Source: Mobula hypostoma
Taxonomy: Eukaryota
Direction: 5' to 3'
DNA: 64,000 nt
Assembly (NCBI RefSeq): GCF_963921235.1
Contig: NC_086108.1
Coordinates: 62,746,001-62,810,000, forward strand
Shown: positions 1 through 12,760 of the stretch, piece by piece
How the letters are laid out: the number at the start of each line of letters is the position of its first letter
How positions within the stretch are numbered: the stretch's first letter is position 1
Made by a program: the position numbers and the translations under genes
The notes under the pieces: model-generated
Seen by the model: only the letters and a program-made list of their open reading frames with translations
The model's database searches: none
What the model was told of the DNA's origin: nothing

Positions 1-19
1 TACGACACTCGCGGTCAAG

Positions 20-215
20 TTGTCGCTCACACCATGGACCAGAAGGCTGGCCAAGATACTTGGAAAATGAATATATAACTGCTGACCCCAGAAAATGTTG
101 AGGAGCTAAAGAGGAAATATGCAGTTTGAAGAAGCATAGAACTTCTCTTTGACTCCCTGATGCAGCTGTGCAAAGCAATCATGGAGATCTTCAAAAGGTT
201 CTTGATTCTCAGACA
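20..215 (+). mobile_element. Decayed Tx1/L1-clade non-LTR retrotransposon ORF2 fragment (post-endonuclease region)
   Basis: Translates to ..GQDTWKMNI*LLTPENVEELKRKYAV*RSIELLFDS..IFKRFLIL, resembling the WKLN..LL motif that follows the APE domain in Tx1/L1 ORF2; has in-frame stops. Confidence 0.55.
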
Positions 216-249
216 TATTCAGTCATCCAGATGGAGTCGGCATGCAGAA

Positions 250-520
250 TCTGTTGCTTTCATAGTGAATGGAAGTGTAGGGGGGATGTCAGAAGTAGAT
301 TTTTTACACAGAGAGTGCTAAGTGCATGGAAAGTGCCTGAGGTAGTTGTAGAAGCCGGTACATTATGGACATTTAAGAGACTCTTAGACAGGTGCACAGA
401 TGAAAGTAAAATGGAGGGTTATGCAGGAGGGAAAGGTTCTAATGATCTTCAGTAGGTTAAAAGATTGGCACAATATCGTGGGCCAAAGTGCCTGCACTGT
501 GCTATGTTGTTCTATGTTCT
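250..520 (+). mobile_element. CR1 LINE 3' end
   Basis: ORF2 C-terminus RGDVRSRFFTQRVLSAW..VVEAGTLWTFKRLLD, then CR1 3' UTR ending tgttgttctatgttct. Confidence 0.85.
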
Positions 521-1029
521 GTGAATATTGAATGTAAATGCAGTACGTCAGCAGAGGAAGACTGCTAAGTAACTTCATGACACCTATAGAAGAAAATAAT
601 ACAATCATATTTTGAAATAAATCAACTTATACCTAAGTATCAATCTTGCATGTTCATGTTCCATGGCTAATGTCCCAGAATGGTCAACAATGGTAAGTGT
701 GAAGTTTACTACTTTACATATATTTTTATAAAGTTGTTTTTATGAATTCTTGAGATATCCATCATGATAGTGATAGTGTTCTTCCAGAAATGTTGTCTAA
801 TAATATGAAGAGGTTTTATTATACAAAAATGCCTATTTATAATATGGAATAGATTTATTCCTCTTCTTATTGTTATCTCAAGCAAATATCACAATCCTTG
901 GAATCTCCTCACTGTGTACAAGCATATTAAATTTAGACAAAGCATTAAAAAAGGAAGCCAACAGAATTTTGTTGAGTTGCTGTCAAAATTCAGTTGATTA
1001 TAATGGAGTTTCTGTACATTATTTACTAG

Positions 1030-1803
1030 TCTTTTAAAGGACGGCAGAATATAGAACAGATGGAAAGTTGGGCAGATGGAATTTAATTCCGACAAGATGA
1101 AGATCTTGCATTTTTAGAACTCAGATAGGGTCAGGACATATATAGTAAATGGTAAAGGAATAAGTCATGTTGATACACAGAAGAATTTCAAGTCTATATT
1201 TCCCTGAAATGTGGATAGGGCTATGATGAAGGCATATGACAATAATTTGTTTTATAATTTGAGGTAAGGAATATAGAAGTTGGGATGTTATGTTACAAAT
1301 ACCATTGAGACGGCTCTTGAATTTTGTGTACAGGTTTAATTGGCAAAATATAGGATGGATGTGGTTGCATTGGAGAGAATGCAGAAGAGATTCACCAGGA
1401 GATTTCCTGGACTGAAGAATGTTAGTTATGTAGAGATATTGGATAGGCTGAAGAGGTTGTTTTGAATGGAGTGAAGGAAGCTGAGGGGTGACAAAATTGA
1501 AGTAGGATAAATAGAATATTTTCCATGATAATGCTATTAAAAGCAAAAGATGAGGTGAGGAAGGAATTTTAAAGGGGATTTGTGGCGAAAGCTTCTTACA
1601 TAAAGAATGATTGATGTCTAGAACCGTCTGCCAGAGGAGTCAGACACAATTACCATGTTTAGGAAACTTTTAGATCGACTCAGTAGGCAAGGCACAGAAG
1701 GATGTGGACATAATATGAGCTGATGGGATTAGCACGGATGGACTAAAATGTTGGCATAGATGTGATGACTGAAGCATCCACTTCTGCGCTATACAACTCT
1801 ATG
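1030..1803 (+). mobile_element. Degenerate CR1 LINE 3' portion
   Basis: WQMEFN..K, LERMQKRFTR and the CR1 3' UTR are recognisable despite many indels. Confidence 0.75.
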
Positions 1804-4456
1804 AGGAATTATTTTGTTAAATAAATTGCAGCACATATTATGCAAGGTGTTTGAAGCCTCATTGCCTAGTGATTTTGATAATGTTGTTAATTAGTTTGGA
1901 GAACAAAGGCAAGTAAGGACAGCACTCTTGTAAAGAGTTGTGCAATTTGCTGTAATAGGTGATTTATTATTCTATGCTGGTCTCAAGGACAAGTAGAAGC
2001 TGGGATGAAAGCCAATATAGGACAGTAAAATACTTTTACCTGGATTAATTTTTAATTTAAAGAAATCACTTAGTTCTGAATATTACCAGAAGAAGAATGC
2101 CACCTCATATTACCACAAATGAATTGCAGTAACAGCAAAGCTATTTGCATTACCATTTCCTGCAAAGGTTAACAGTGATAGACCATATCAACTTCATTAA
2201 ACTACCATAATATTTGCTTGGACTGGATTTGATCTGAACTAATAACAAAACTTTTAGAGGGCAATCTTTGAATTTCAGTCTGACTTGTAACCTTCTAGAG
2301 TAACTTGCCCACTCGTTTTGGAATTTGTCTAATTCATGGTAATATCAATGAAAACCACAAGTGATGGGTCCTACATGCAATAAGTGATCCAGTCTACTTC
2401 TCAGGAAAGACTGAACTGGTGGCCTCATTTCTCGAGAAAAAAGAAATGGAGGCTATAGATAGAGGTTTTCAAAATCAGGGAATGCTTTAATGGGAGAGTT
2501 GCTGAAATTAGGTTTCCATTCTCTAGGATACAAATATTCTTGTATAAATACTGTATAAGGATGTCTCCAATAAACTAATAAGTAATTCAGGAACAATGTC
2601 TTTGCCACTAAAGAGTTAGAAAGTGAATGTTTCACATTCTAACTATTCAGCGGCAAAGACATTGACATACAGTAAGACAAACACACTGACAGACACACAA
2701 AGACATACAGTAATGGGATTTAATTGAAGTATGCGTCATAATGACACTCGGGGAGGCTGAACTGGATAAGGATGACTGGGAATGGCATAGAAGGTTATGC
2801 TGATTGAAAATAAATTGGACGAGGCACATATGAACTGTAAATAATTATAATGGCCAGCTATGTCAACATTTTGTTTAGAGCTGAATGTTCTGTTTAATCT
2901 GTTATCGTTTACATGGCAAAGTTCAGAACACAATTCTAAATTTTTATCATCTTGGCTTGATGGTTCCGCACTTGGCTTTGATGCAGAAGGCTTATACTCC
3001 ATTCTAGCATGATCCTGAATTCAGATGAAGCCAGAATATGAGCAAAATGTGCTTATTCCCTCACACAATTACTAAACGTCCTGTCAATGCAATAGCCACT
3101 TCATTACTCTAATACTCTACCGGCTAGCTTCCAAGCCTGCACTTGCTGCAAATGCCAATTCATTCAAAACAACTCCAACTCCTTTTGCAGGGAATTTCTT
3201 CCTTCAAATGCTCACAGGTTGTTAGTGTTGTTCCTGAGTTAGTGGTAATATACTTGCCTGTAAGTTATGGGGTCAAGTTCCAAAAACATTCATTCATTCA
3301 TATATATGCGGGCTTTTACAACCCGGTAAGGGCCTATACCCATAAACTAAATATCTAAGTAACAGATGCCAGTCCTGATGAGGGTTTTGAATAAGAATAT
3401 CAACCATCCAATTCGCTCCACAGATACCCAATGTACTGAGTTCCTCCAGTACGTTGTGTGTTGATTTCTAGCATCTACTGTCCCTTGTCTCTAAATGTCC
3501 GTGAAACTGTTTTTTTTTTCAATTTTTCAAATGCTTCATAATTGTCACACAGATATTTTGATTTATTTCATGTGACACTCACAAAACCTTTATAAGGGTT
3601 CCTTTATTATATCCCACTGTGGATCATGTAGCATTATATATCACAACAGCCTCTCACATCTTATAATCAATGTAATCTCAGCTGCACTTTTAACAGTCAT
3701 TAGCACTGTTTTCAATCTACTGATGCTACAGTATGTATTATTTAAAAAATGGTACTGAAAGAATGTAATTTCACTATAGTGCTCAGATGACATCCATAAA
3801 CCAGTTGAGTTTCTTTCAACTGATTTATGATATCATCAGAGCCCCTTGAGAAAGTTATAACTCTGATTACTCACTGAACCATACTTAATTAAATATGGAT
3901 GGACAATCATAATTTTTCTTTTCTCTTGATTCTTACTGTATAATTCTGTTCGTGTTCCTGATACGTCAAATTACTGTTAATTAACTTTAATTAGAACACT
4001 CTAGAAATGTTGTTACCTTTATTTTCTAACTTGTACAAAACTCTGATAACCTTTTAATTATATTACTACTTGAAGCCATTTGTGAGTTTAATATGGCAGA
4101 TTTTATGCATGGTATAACCCGAATGCACATCAATACTCATATGCTGCTACAGATGTGCAATGGAGAGCAGCCTAAAATGCTGCATCACTGCACGGTATGC
4201 TAACTGCACTGTGGTGAACATGAGGTCTCTACAACAGGTAGCCAAAACTCTCCAAAGCATTACTGGCACCAGCCTGCTTACCTTCAAGGTCATATATCCA
4301 GAAAAGGGCTTGTAACATCATGAAGGATCCCACCCACCCTGCTCGAGGTCTATTTTCAGAACTTTCAGGCCGTTGTGTTCAATGGATAATTGCCACTGCA
4401 GATCATTCATCCTCATGTTACAACAACCAGAATTCCTTTACATTGGCGCTTGATGC

Positions 4457-4872
4457 TATCACAACCACGGATTCAGCAGTGCAGCAGATTCGGCAATTGC
4501 GCTCGTGAATATGCATGTGTCCGCTTATTGTATTTCATTGTGATAGTATTTAACTCCATTCATTCCATTGTAGTATTTGTCGAGACTTGGACATAGCTAC
4601 ACTTCATTATCTGCATTCCGCCTTGCCTGAGAAATTGGACTGTCTAGTCAACTGACTCTGAAGACTAGTGGTATTTGTTTAATTCTTAGTTGTTCTTTTC
4701 AGTCGCAATGTAGGCTTCATTTTCCATTTGAGTGTTTTAGTCAAAGCCCTGTTTGGCCTAGCGTTTATTGTTTTCTTTTTTGTTTAACGTTGTTCGCATT
4801 GAAGTCTGCGAGCTATCGACCTGCTTCAGTGTCTCTGAATCCGCACTTGGGCTATATCTGAGCCTGGTGACA
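4457..4872 (+). repeat. 5' LTR of sushi-like element
   Basis: TATCACAACC...CCTGGTGACA; TATTTAA at 4547; aligns with 6453-6839. Confidence 0.85.
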
Positions 4873-5805
4873 GCAATTCTCAACCACGCAAAGATGGACC
4901 CAGCAGAGAGAGGACAGCGGCCCTTGGCCATGAGATTCATTGGTCAGAGTGATTCGTCAAGGCAACATGGTCTGTTGAATTCCTATGTAGAAACTGTTTC
5001 TGTCTCCAGCGTGACAGAAGGATCTTGCCAATAATGGACCCAGCAAAGTTTGAACAGTGACGTTTTGACATTGGTGGCTTGAGGAAAGGGTGCTTTCTAT
5101 TCTCAGTGCATGTCCTAACTCTACATTCCGAGAGTCCTGAGTCTACATTCCAAGCTTCTCTAGTCTACATTGAGTTTCTCCAGTATCTATTCTAAGCTTT
5201 TCAAGTCACAAGGATCCAGGTTCCCAGCATTGTGGTCCCATGACTCAGGTCTGGATAACAAATGAGCACTTCAAGCAAGCTTTTCAATTGATTCAACAAA
5301 TCATCATTCAAGTCAATAGTGTAGATTCTGGAAGAGTCCTACTCCAAAAGCTGATCCCTGGCTGGAGTGTGTGAATACGCAAGTAAAGTAACCCTATCAA
5401 AAGTATTTTAACTTCTTGATGAAAGTCATGGTGCAGACTGGGAAAATTGAACTTTCATGTAGTAAATTAAGCAGATCTACAGAGAACCAGCCAGTTTAGT
5501 GATGAAGGAAACCTGTCTATGCTGTCTTGATCAGTAAAATTGATTGCCTCTGGAAAAATTGTGAAAGATAAAACACTGAGCAAGATTTGAAAAGGTTCCT
5601 TCTCTATGTTTCAAGTTTCATAGTTCCAAGGTTTTCCAAGGACTTTTCTCTATGTTTCCAGGGCTTACTTTTACTGATCATTTTTCAATGTGTTTAGGGT
5701 TTTTCAATGTCCTCCCCATCTCAAGGACTCCCAAGCCTCCCTCTCGGCCCTGCCTGAGGTTTCTTGATCTAACCTGAGGCTCTCTGGCTCTCAGACCCTC
5801 AGGAT

Positions 5806-5910
5806 TCCCCGGTCTCTCAGTCTGTTGGGGTTCCCAGGCCCCCTCGGGATTTCCCAGGTCTCTCAGTCTGTTGGGGTTCCCAGGCCCCTCTCTCAAATTC
5901 CCCAGGTCTC
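5806..5910. repeat. Imperfect tandem repeat (~43-nt unit) inside the LTR element
   Basis: ggtctctcagtctgttggggttcccaggcccct occurs twice, plus a partial third copy. Confidence 0.8.
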
Positions 5911-6452
5911 TGGAATTTTGAGTCTTTCTGGGACATCAGGTGCCAGCTATAGGGAGGGGGGTCCTGTAGTGACTTCTTCAGGCATGCACAGGCCATCAGA
6001 GAGCATTTGGGCTCTGAGGATTTTAGAGTACCTGAATTGGTTAATTGCTGCTTAGCAGTTATTGAGGGTTTTAGAGTTTCTTGTGTTTTTCTCGAGTGAC
6101 TGGCTCTTTGTAATGTGGTTTCCTGGTGCTTCCTGTTTAAGCTTAAGTTTATTTTGATAAATTTCAGATTCTGCATTAGTTTTATTCTTGAAGTAGATGC
6201 CGGATTAGTTCCGATCGGAGGGCCCTCATTTTAAGAATGTTTTGTCTCATGGTGTCACATGGTCGAGTTACCTCTGTATAAGCTCTTGTTGCTGTCTCTA
6301 CAGGGAAGTCTTTGGCTCTGATATTAGCAGTGCACACCATGGCTCTTGTCTACCTGCATCACTGAAGGATGTGTTGGACAAGTCCCTCATTCCGACTTAC
6401 AGCAGATACAGGTCTGTGGCACCTCAGGGGCTGCGTCTAAAGAGGGGGGCCA

Positions 6453-6839
6453 TGGCATAACCACAGATCCGGCAATTGCACTCGTGAATATGCACATGTC
6501 AGTTTATTGTATTTCATTGTGATAGTATTTAACTCCATTCATTCCATTGTAGTATTTGTCGAGACTTGGACGTAGCTACGCTTCATTATCTGCGTTCTGC
6601 CTTGCTAAGAAATTGGACTGTTGAGTCAACTGACTCTGAAGACTAGCGGTATTTGTTTAATTCTTAGTTGTTCTTTTCAGTCGCAGTGTAGCCTTTGTTT
6701 TCCATTTGAGTGTTTTAGTTAATGGCCCTGTTTGGCCTAGCACTTATTGATTTCTTTTTCCTTTAACATTGTTCACATTAAAGTCTGAGCTATCGACCTG
6801 CTTCACTCCGCACTTGGGTCATTTCTGAACCTGGTGACA
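6453..6839 (+). repeat. 3' LTR of sushi-like element
   Basis: TGGCATAACC...CCTGGTGACA, preceded by a polypurine tract and followed by TSD GATGC. Confidence 0.85.
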
Positions 6840-7747
6840 GATGCATTGTAAAATGACTTCCTCTTAAATATATATATCTGGGGTAGTTTCCTAACACATG
6901 CTAATGTAATGGGTTAGCTTCATTTTATTTCTTCCACTACAAGTAATTTTATGTAATGTTCCAGGTGAATAACACCTATATTACACCTTTAACAAAAATT
7001 TTAAAATCCTGAAGTACCTCATGGAGGCCGATGATTGTTGGTGCCATTTGATGCTGCTGCTGGTCTTGGAGTCAGCAAACACTCAACTCAACATCCATTG
7101 TAATGTGCCTTCTGTATCCTGATAGAAGAAAAGCTGCAAAGTTTCCTTCAGAGTTTGCAGCATGTGAGCAACTGCTTCACTTGTGATATCTGCAAACGGA
7201 TGAGTTGAGAACATCATGCAAGGTCAATGTGTCATCTGGGGTTTTTACTGGTTCTCCTTTAACAGGCAATAACCAGAAAATTAACAAATGCCATGCCCAC
7301 ATTACTAAATGCCAGTATCAAACACCTCTACCTAAAAAGTACAGGAGCATTTCCTATCAGACACACAACCAGAGGTTTGTATTGAAGGAACTTGTACATT
7401 TGCCCCATTCTGAATTGATGCCAGCATAAGACGTAATGCTAAAAGTAATTTCCAGTTTAAATTAACCCAGGCAATCCTGAGAGTACAAAAGGCCAATATG
7501 AAGTCCATAATGCATCCTTCAGCAATTCCGGTTCAGCAAGTTTGGTTAAAATTGAATTTGAACTTTCATATTTAAAGGACAGAGTTCCAATCAAGGTAAA
7601 GGTCCCAGCCATTAAAAGCTTTACTGATTGTAATCTATGCACTGTTACAAATTTCTCAGTCTCATATCATAAATGTATGAATATATTAAAATAGAATGAA
7701 TTATATATGGATAATTGCTCATCTACAGCAAACATATTACAATACTT

Positions 7748-7856
7748 ACAAACAACAGAATATCTGCAGATGCTGGAAATCCGAGCAACATACACAAAAT
7801 GCTGGAGGAACTCAGCAGGCCAGACAACATCTATGGAAAAAAGTATAGTCGACGCT
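7748..7856 (-). mobile_element. Penelope-like pseudo-LTR fragment
   Basis: tctgcagatgctggaaatcc..tgctggaggaactcagcaggcc..gtcgacg, shared with the copy that carries the GIY-YIG ORF end at 62.5-63.1 kb. Confidence 0.7.
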
Positions 7857-7974
7857 TCTCCAGTATTATGTGTATATTACAATCGTCTTTATTGTATTTA
7901 AGATAGTTATCTTTTCTGTATATCAGCTGATCTACCCAGTTAGGGAAAATGTTCAGCTTTCCATTCTGTAATCC

Positions 7975-8520
7975 AGGTCTCCATTGGTCAAGGTCAACCA
8001 CGGATATGACATCCTAGCTGTCTACATCGAAGCTGATACACAAGCCAGTACGCAACCCAGGCAGTGGAGAGAAAACTGTTGCCCTTTCCACACAGCTGAT
8101 GAATCCAAAGGAATGGCAGAGACTGATACTGTTTGGCACCAATGGCGTTGCAAGAGTTGCCAGTCAATGTTGAACTCAATATAGGACTGACTGACTTAGG
8201 GACTCCAGAATTTTCTTCAGGGTTTGCTCCAGAAGCTGTTCCCTTAGGTGGGTATAGCCAGCCACAAGGCAGTGGAGGTTTGAGATCAGAGTTTCTCTTC
8301 TCTTAGAAGAGCTGTCAACCGCAGCTGGTGAGCCCCATCTGCCTGCAGTGACTTGTCAGTAACCCATCTTTGCCCCTTCTCTTGCCAGTAGAAACAGTTC
8401 TACCAGGCTGAGTAGCTAAGCCACATGGGAAAGCCAGGAGCTGGACTTGGTTGTCAGTGGCTATTGGAAATACATGCCATTAGGAGCATTTAATAGGTAT
8501 TTGAAGCTTATTCCCCATTG
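7975..8520 (-). mobile_element. RTE-type non-autonomous element / 5' UTR remnant
   Basis: Reverse-complement homologous to 13700-14000; family assignment by recalled similarity only. Confidence 0.5.
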
Positions 8521-9029
8521 CCCCATTATCCCCCTGGCTACAACACCCTTAAGGAACCAATTCTGCAATGGTGCACACAAATTTTGGGATGATGGAGCTA
8601 TTAATTGCTGTTCTTTTGATTTCAATATCAAGTAAGAAAACTTTTGGGACAAAAGAACAGGAATTTATGGTATTCATAGAAGGGACAAAAGGTTATGATG
8701 CGTTCACGGGAATTTGTTAATTGTGAAATCTAATCACCCCTTATCAGATAATAATTCCATGCCAAATATTTGAATCAATTTCATTTTCACTGTGTTATAT
8801 GAGGTGATGCTTGTTGTTTTGTGGCAGTACAGTGCAAAGCCATAAAATAAAAGAAATTACAAAACAAATACTCAGTGCAAAGGAAGTAATGATCATGAGT
8901 TCATGGACCATTCAGAAATCTGATGGCATAGGGAAAAAAGCTTGAGTAAAGATCTTCAGGCTCCTGTACCACCTCTGTGAAGGTAGTAACGAGAAGAGAG
9001 CATGTCCTGGATGTTGAGGGCCCTTAATT

Positions 9030-9320
9030 TGGACACCACGGTAACGTAGCAGTTAGAGCAGCACTCGTGCAGCTTGGGGTGTTCCAGAGCTTGGAGTTCA
9101 ATTCTGTTGCATTCTGTAAAGAATTTGCACGTTCTCCCCGTGAACGGCATGGGTTTCCTCTGGGTCCTACAGCTGTTTCCTCCTACAGCCCAAAGGCATG
9201 CTGGTTAGTAGGTGAATTGGTCATTGTAGATTAGGCTAGTGCTAAATAGGTGAGTTGCCGAGCAGCGCGGCTCATTGGGCTGGAAGAGCCTGTCTACGCT
9301 GTATGTTTAAGTAAATAAAA
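9030..9320 (+). mobile_element. tRNA-derived V-SINE
   Basis: A-box/B-box-like head (ggtaacgtagcagttag; ggagttcaattc) and V-domain tttgcacgttctccccgtg..tgggtttcctc. Confidence 0.7.
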
Positions 9321-9399
9321 ATGTAATGATGAATATGATTTTGTTGAGATACTACCTCTTATCTTCCAATATCCTCAAATTATGTTAATTATATTGAGT

Positions 9400-10225
9400 A
9401 AAATAGAGAAGTACAGCACAAAAACAGGCCCTTCGGCCCATTCACTCCACGCCTAAACCATTTAAACTGTATATTCCCCTCAAGCTATAATCGCTCCATA
9501 GCCCTCCATACTCCTACCATCCATGTTCATACCCAAAACTCTCTTGAACATTGAAATTGAGCCCGTATACACCACTTCTGCAGGCAACGCATTCCACACT
9601 CCCCAATCCTCTGAGTGAAGAAGTTTCCCCTCATGTTCCCCTTGAACTTTTCACCTTTCACCCTTAACCAATGACCTCTGGTTGTAGTCCCAACCTCAGT
9701 GGAAAAAGCCTGCTTGTATTTACCTTATCTAGGTATACTAATAGTTCTGTATATCTCTATCAAATCTCCCCTTAATCTTCTATGTTCCAAGGAAAAAAGT
9801 CCTAACCTATTCAATCTTTCTATATAACTCAGGTCCTCCAGTCCCTGCCACATCTTTATAAATTTTCTCTGTACTCTTTCAACCTTATTTACATGCTTCA
9901 TGTAGGTAGGTTACCAAACCTGCTCACAGTACTCCAAATTAGGCCTCTCCAACATCTTATACAACTTCAACATAACATCCCATCTCCTGTACTTAATGCA
10001 TTGATTAATGAAGGCCAATATGCCAAAAGCTTTCTTTATGACCCTATCTACCTGTCACGCCACTTTCAACGAATTATGGACCTGTATTCCCATACATTCC
10101 ACAACACTCCACAGCAACCTACTGTTCACTGAGTAAGACCTATTCTGGTTGGTCCAACTGGAGTACAACACTTCGGACTTGTATCCATTAAATTGCATCT
10201 GCCATTTTTTTCAGCCCATCTTTCC
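9400..10225 (-). mobile_element. CR1 LINE 3' portion
   Basis: Antisense CR1 ORF2 C-terminus (RPNLEYC..) and 3' UTR. Confidence 0.85.
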
Positions 10226-10229
10226 AGTT

Positions 10230-11825
10230 GATGCAGTCAGATGCATCAGTATTACAGTGGAGTAAAGGGAATTACAGAGGCATGAGAGAGGCGTTGGCTA
10301 GAATTAATTGGAAGAGAACACTGGCAGGGCTGTGCGCAGAGCAACAATGGCTAGAATTTCTGGAAGCAATTCGGAAGACACAGGGCATATACATGCTGAA
10401 GAGGAGGAAGTATTCTAAAGGCAAGATGACACAAGAGAAGTCAGAGCCAACATAAAAGCCAAAGAGAGAGCATGTAATGGAGCAAAAAATAGTGAGAATT
10501 TAGGGGACTGGTGGTGCATGGAGGCACATGATAAAATAGGTTGTAGTCAGCATCGTGTCCTCGGGGGAAAATCTTGCCTGACAAATCTGTTGGAATTCTT
10601 TGAAGAACTAACAAGCAGGATAGACAAAGGAGAATTGGTTGGTGTTGTGTATTTGGATTTTCAGAAGGCCTTTGGCAAGGTGCCACACATGAGGCTGCTT
10701 AACAACTAATGAGCCCATGGTATTACAGGAAAGATGCTAGAATGGATAAAGCAGTGGCTGATTGGCAGGAGGAAGAGGATGCAAATAAATGGAGCCTTTT
10801 CTGGTGGACTGCTGGTGACTAGTGGTGATCCACAGGGGTCTGTGTTGGGGATGATTCTTCTTAAGTTATATGCCAATGATCTGGATGATGGAATTGATGA
10901 CTTGGTTGCAAAGTTTGCAGACAATACCAAGGTTGGTGGAGGGGCAAGCAGTTTTGAGGAAATTGGGAGGCTACAGAAGGACTTAGACAGTTTAGAAGTG
11001 TGGGCAAAGGAGTGGCAGATGGAATACAGTGTTGTGAAGAGTATGGTTATGCACTTTGGTAGAAAAAATGTAGGGGTTTAATCATTTCTAAATGAAGAAA
11101 AAATACAAAAATCTGAGGTGCAAAGGCATTTGTGCAGGATTCCCTAAAGGTTAATTTGTAGGTTGTGTCTGTGGTGAGGAAGGCAAATGCAGAGATAATA
11201 TTTATTTCAAGAGGACTAGAATATAAAAGCAAAGATGTAATGTTGAGACTTCATAAAACACCGGTGGGGCCTCACTTGGAGTATTGTGAGCAGTTTTGGA
11301 CTTGTTATCTTAGAAAGGGTGTGCTAAATCTGGAGAGAGCTACAAGGTTCACCCAAAAAAGGTTCCAGGATAAAATGGGTTATCATATGAAGAGCGTTTG
11401 ATGGCTGTATTCACTCGAATTTAGAAGAATATTGGGTGATCCCATTGAAACCTACTGAATGGTGAAAGGCCTTGACAGAGTGATGTGGAAAGGATATTTC
11501 TTATGGTATTTGTGTCCAATGCCAAAGGACACAGTCTCAAAGTAGAGGGGCATCCTTTTAGAACAGAGATGAAGAATTTCTTTAGCTATGGTGTGGTGAA
11601 TCTGTGGAATTCGTTGCCACATCTGGTGTGGAGGCCAAGCCTTTATGTATATTTAAGGCAGAAGGTGATTAATTCTTGATTGGTTAGGGTATGAAGGGAT
11701 ATGGGGGTGTGTGGGGGGGAAGACAGGAGATTGGGCTGAGAGTAAAAGTAGATCAGCCATGATGAAGTGGCAGAACAGACTTGATGGGCCAAATGGCCTA
11801 ATTCTGCTCCTATAACTTATGGTCT
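10230..11825 (+). mobile_element. CR1 LINE ORF2 (RT), decayed with an internal deletion
   Basis: SCLTNLLEFFE, VYLDFQKAF, PQGSVLG, KFADNTK, PHLEYCEQFW; 3' UTR ends ctcctataacttatggtc. Confidence 0.9.
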
Positions 11826-11954
11826 CCTGGTCTTCTCTGCACAGGGTCCACGAAGATGCTGCTTTATTTTTTCCTGATCAAAGGCACATCAATAACACTG
11901 TTTTGTCACAGTTATCATTAAACCTGAAAAGGGATTTTGAATTAATTTCATTTG

Positions 11955-12760
11955 ATACAACCATTGCTGGCAGAATTCCAGATGGAGAGAAGAGGATATA
12001 CAGGAGCGAGATATACCAACTAGCTGAGCGGTGTTGCAGCAACAACCTTGTACTTAATATCATGGACTTCAGAAAGGGAAGGATGAAGGAACACAAACCT
12101 CATAGAGGGATCAGATGAAGAGCATGAGCGATTTCAAGTTACTGTGAGCTAGTATCTCTGAGCACCTAACCTGGTCCCAAAATATTGATGCAGCTATAAA
12201 GAAGGCAAGACGGTGGCCATATTTCATTAGGAGTCTGAGGAGATTTTGTTTGTCACCTAAAACACTCGAAAACCTCTACAGATGTACCGTGGAGAGCATT
12301 TTGACTGGCTGCATCAGCATCTGGTATGGGGGGGGGGGGTGGTGGGTTATTGCACAGGATTGAAGTAAGCTGCAGGGAGTTGTAAAATTAGTCAGCTCCA
12401 TCATGGGTACTGGACTCCGTAGTATCCAAGACATCTTCAAGGACACCACCATCCAGGACGTGCCCTTCTTCTCATTGTTACCATCAGGAAAGAGGTCCAG
12501 AAGCCTGAAGGCAAACTCTCAGCTTCCTCCCCTCTCCCATTTGATTTCTAAGTGGACCTTGAACCCGTGAACGCTACCTCACTACTTTTTCATTTCTGTT
12601 TTTTGCACTACTAATTTAATTTAACTATTCAAATACATATATATAATTACCATAATTCAGTTTTTCCCCTCAGTATTTATCATGTATTGTACTGCTGCCG
12701 CAGTTAACAAATTTCATGATATACATGACATGCTAGTGATATTAAACCTGATTCTGATTG
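11955..12760 (+). mobile_element. Rex1/Babar-type LINE 3' portion
   Basis: DTTIAGRI..YRSEI..NNLVLN, YRCTVESILTGCI; tail taaacctgattctgat. Confidence 0.75.

Larger units (their letters stand above)
4457..6839 (+). mobile_element. Non-autonomous LTR retrotransposon (sushi/chromovirus-like Ty3/Gypsy deletion derivative)
   Basis: Direct repeats 4457-4872 and 6453-6839, both ending GTGACA; 5-bp TSD GATGC (4452-4456, 6840-6844); PPT aaagagggggg before the 3' LTR; gag start MDPAE; pol remnants FILEVDA, SDR-GP-F and DVLDKSLI. Confidence 0.85.

Noticed and set aside
2736..3002. 88-aa minus-strand ORF (MEYKPSASK..)
   Set aside because: No recognisable domain or supporting splice structure; length is compatible with chance.
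5678..6176. ORFs with repeated GAWEPQQTERPG peptides
   Set aside because: They arise from the 43-nt tandem repeat inside the non-autonomous LTR element; the unit is not a multiple of 3 and there is no domain.
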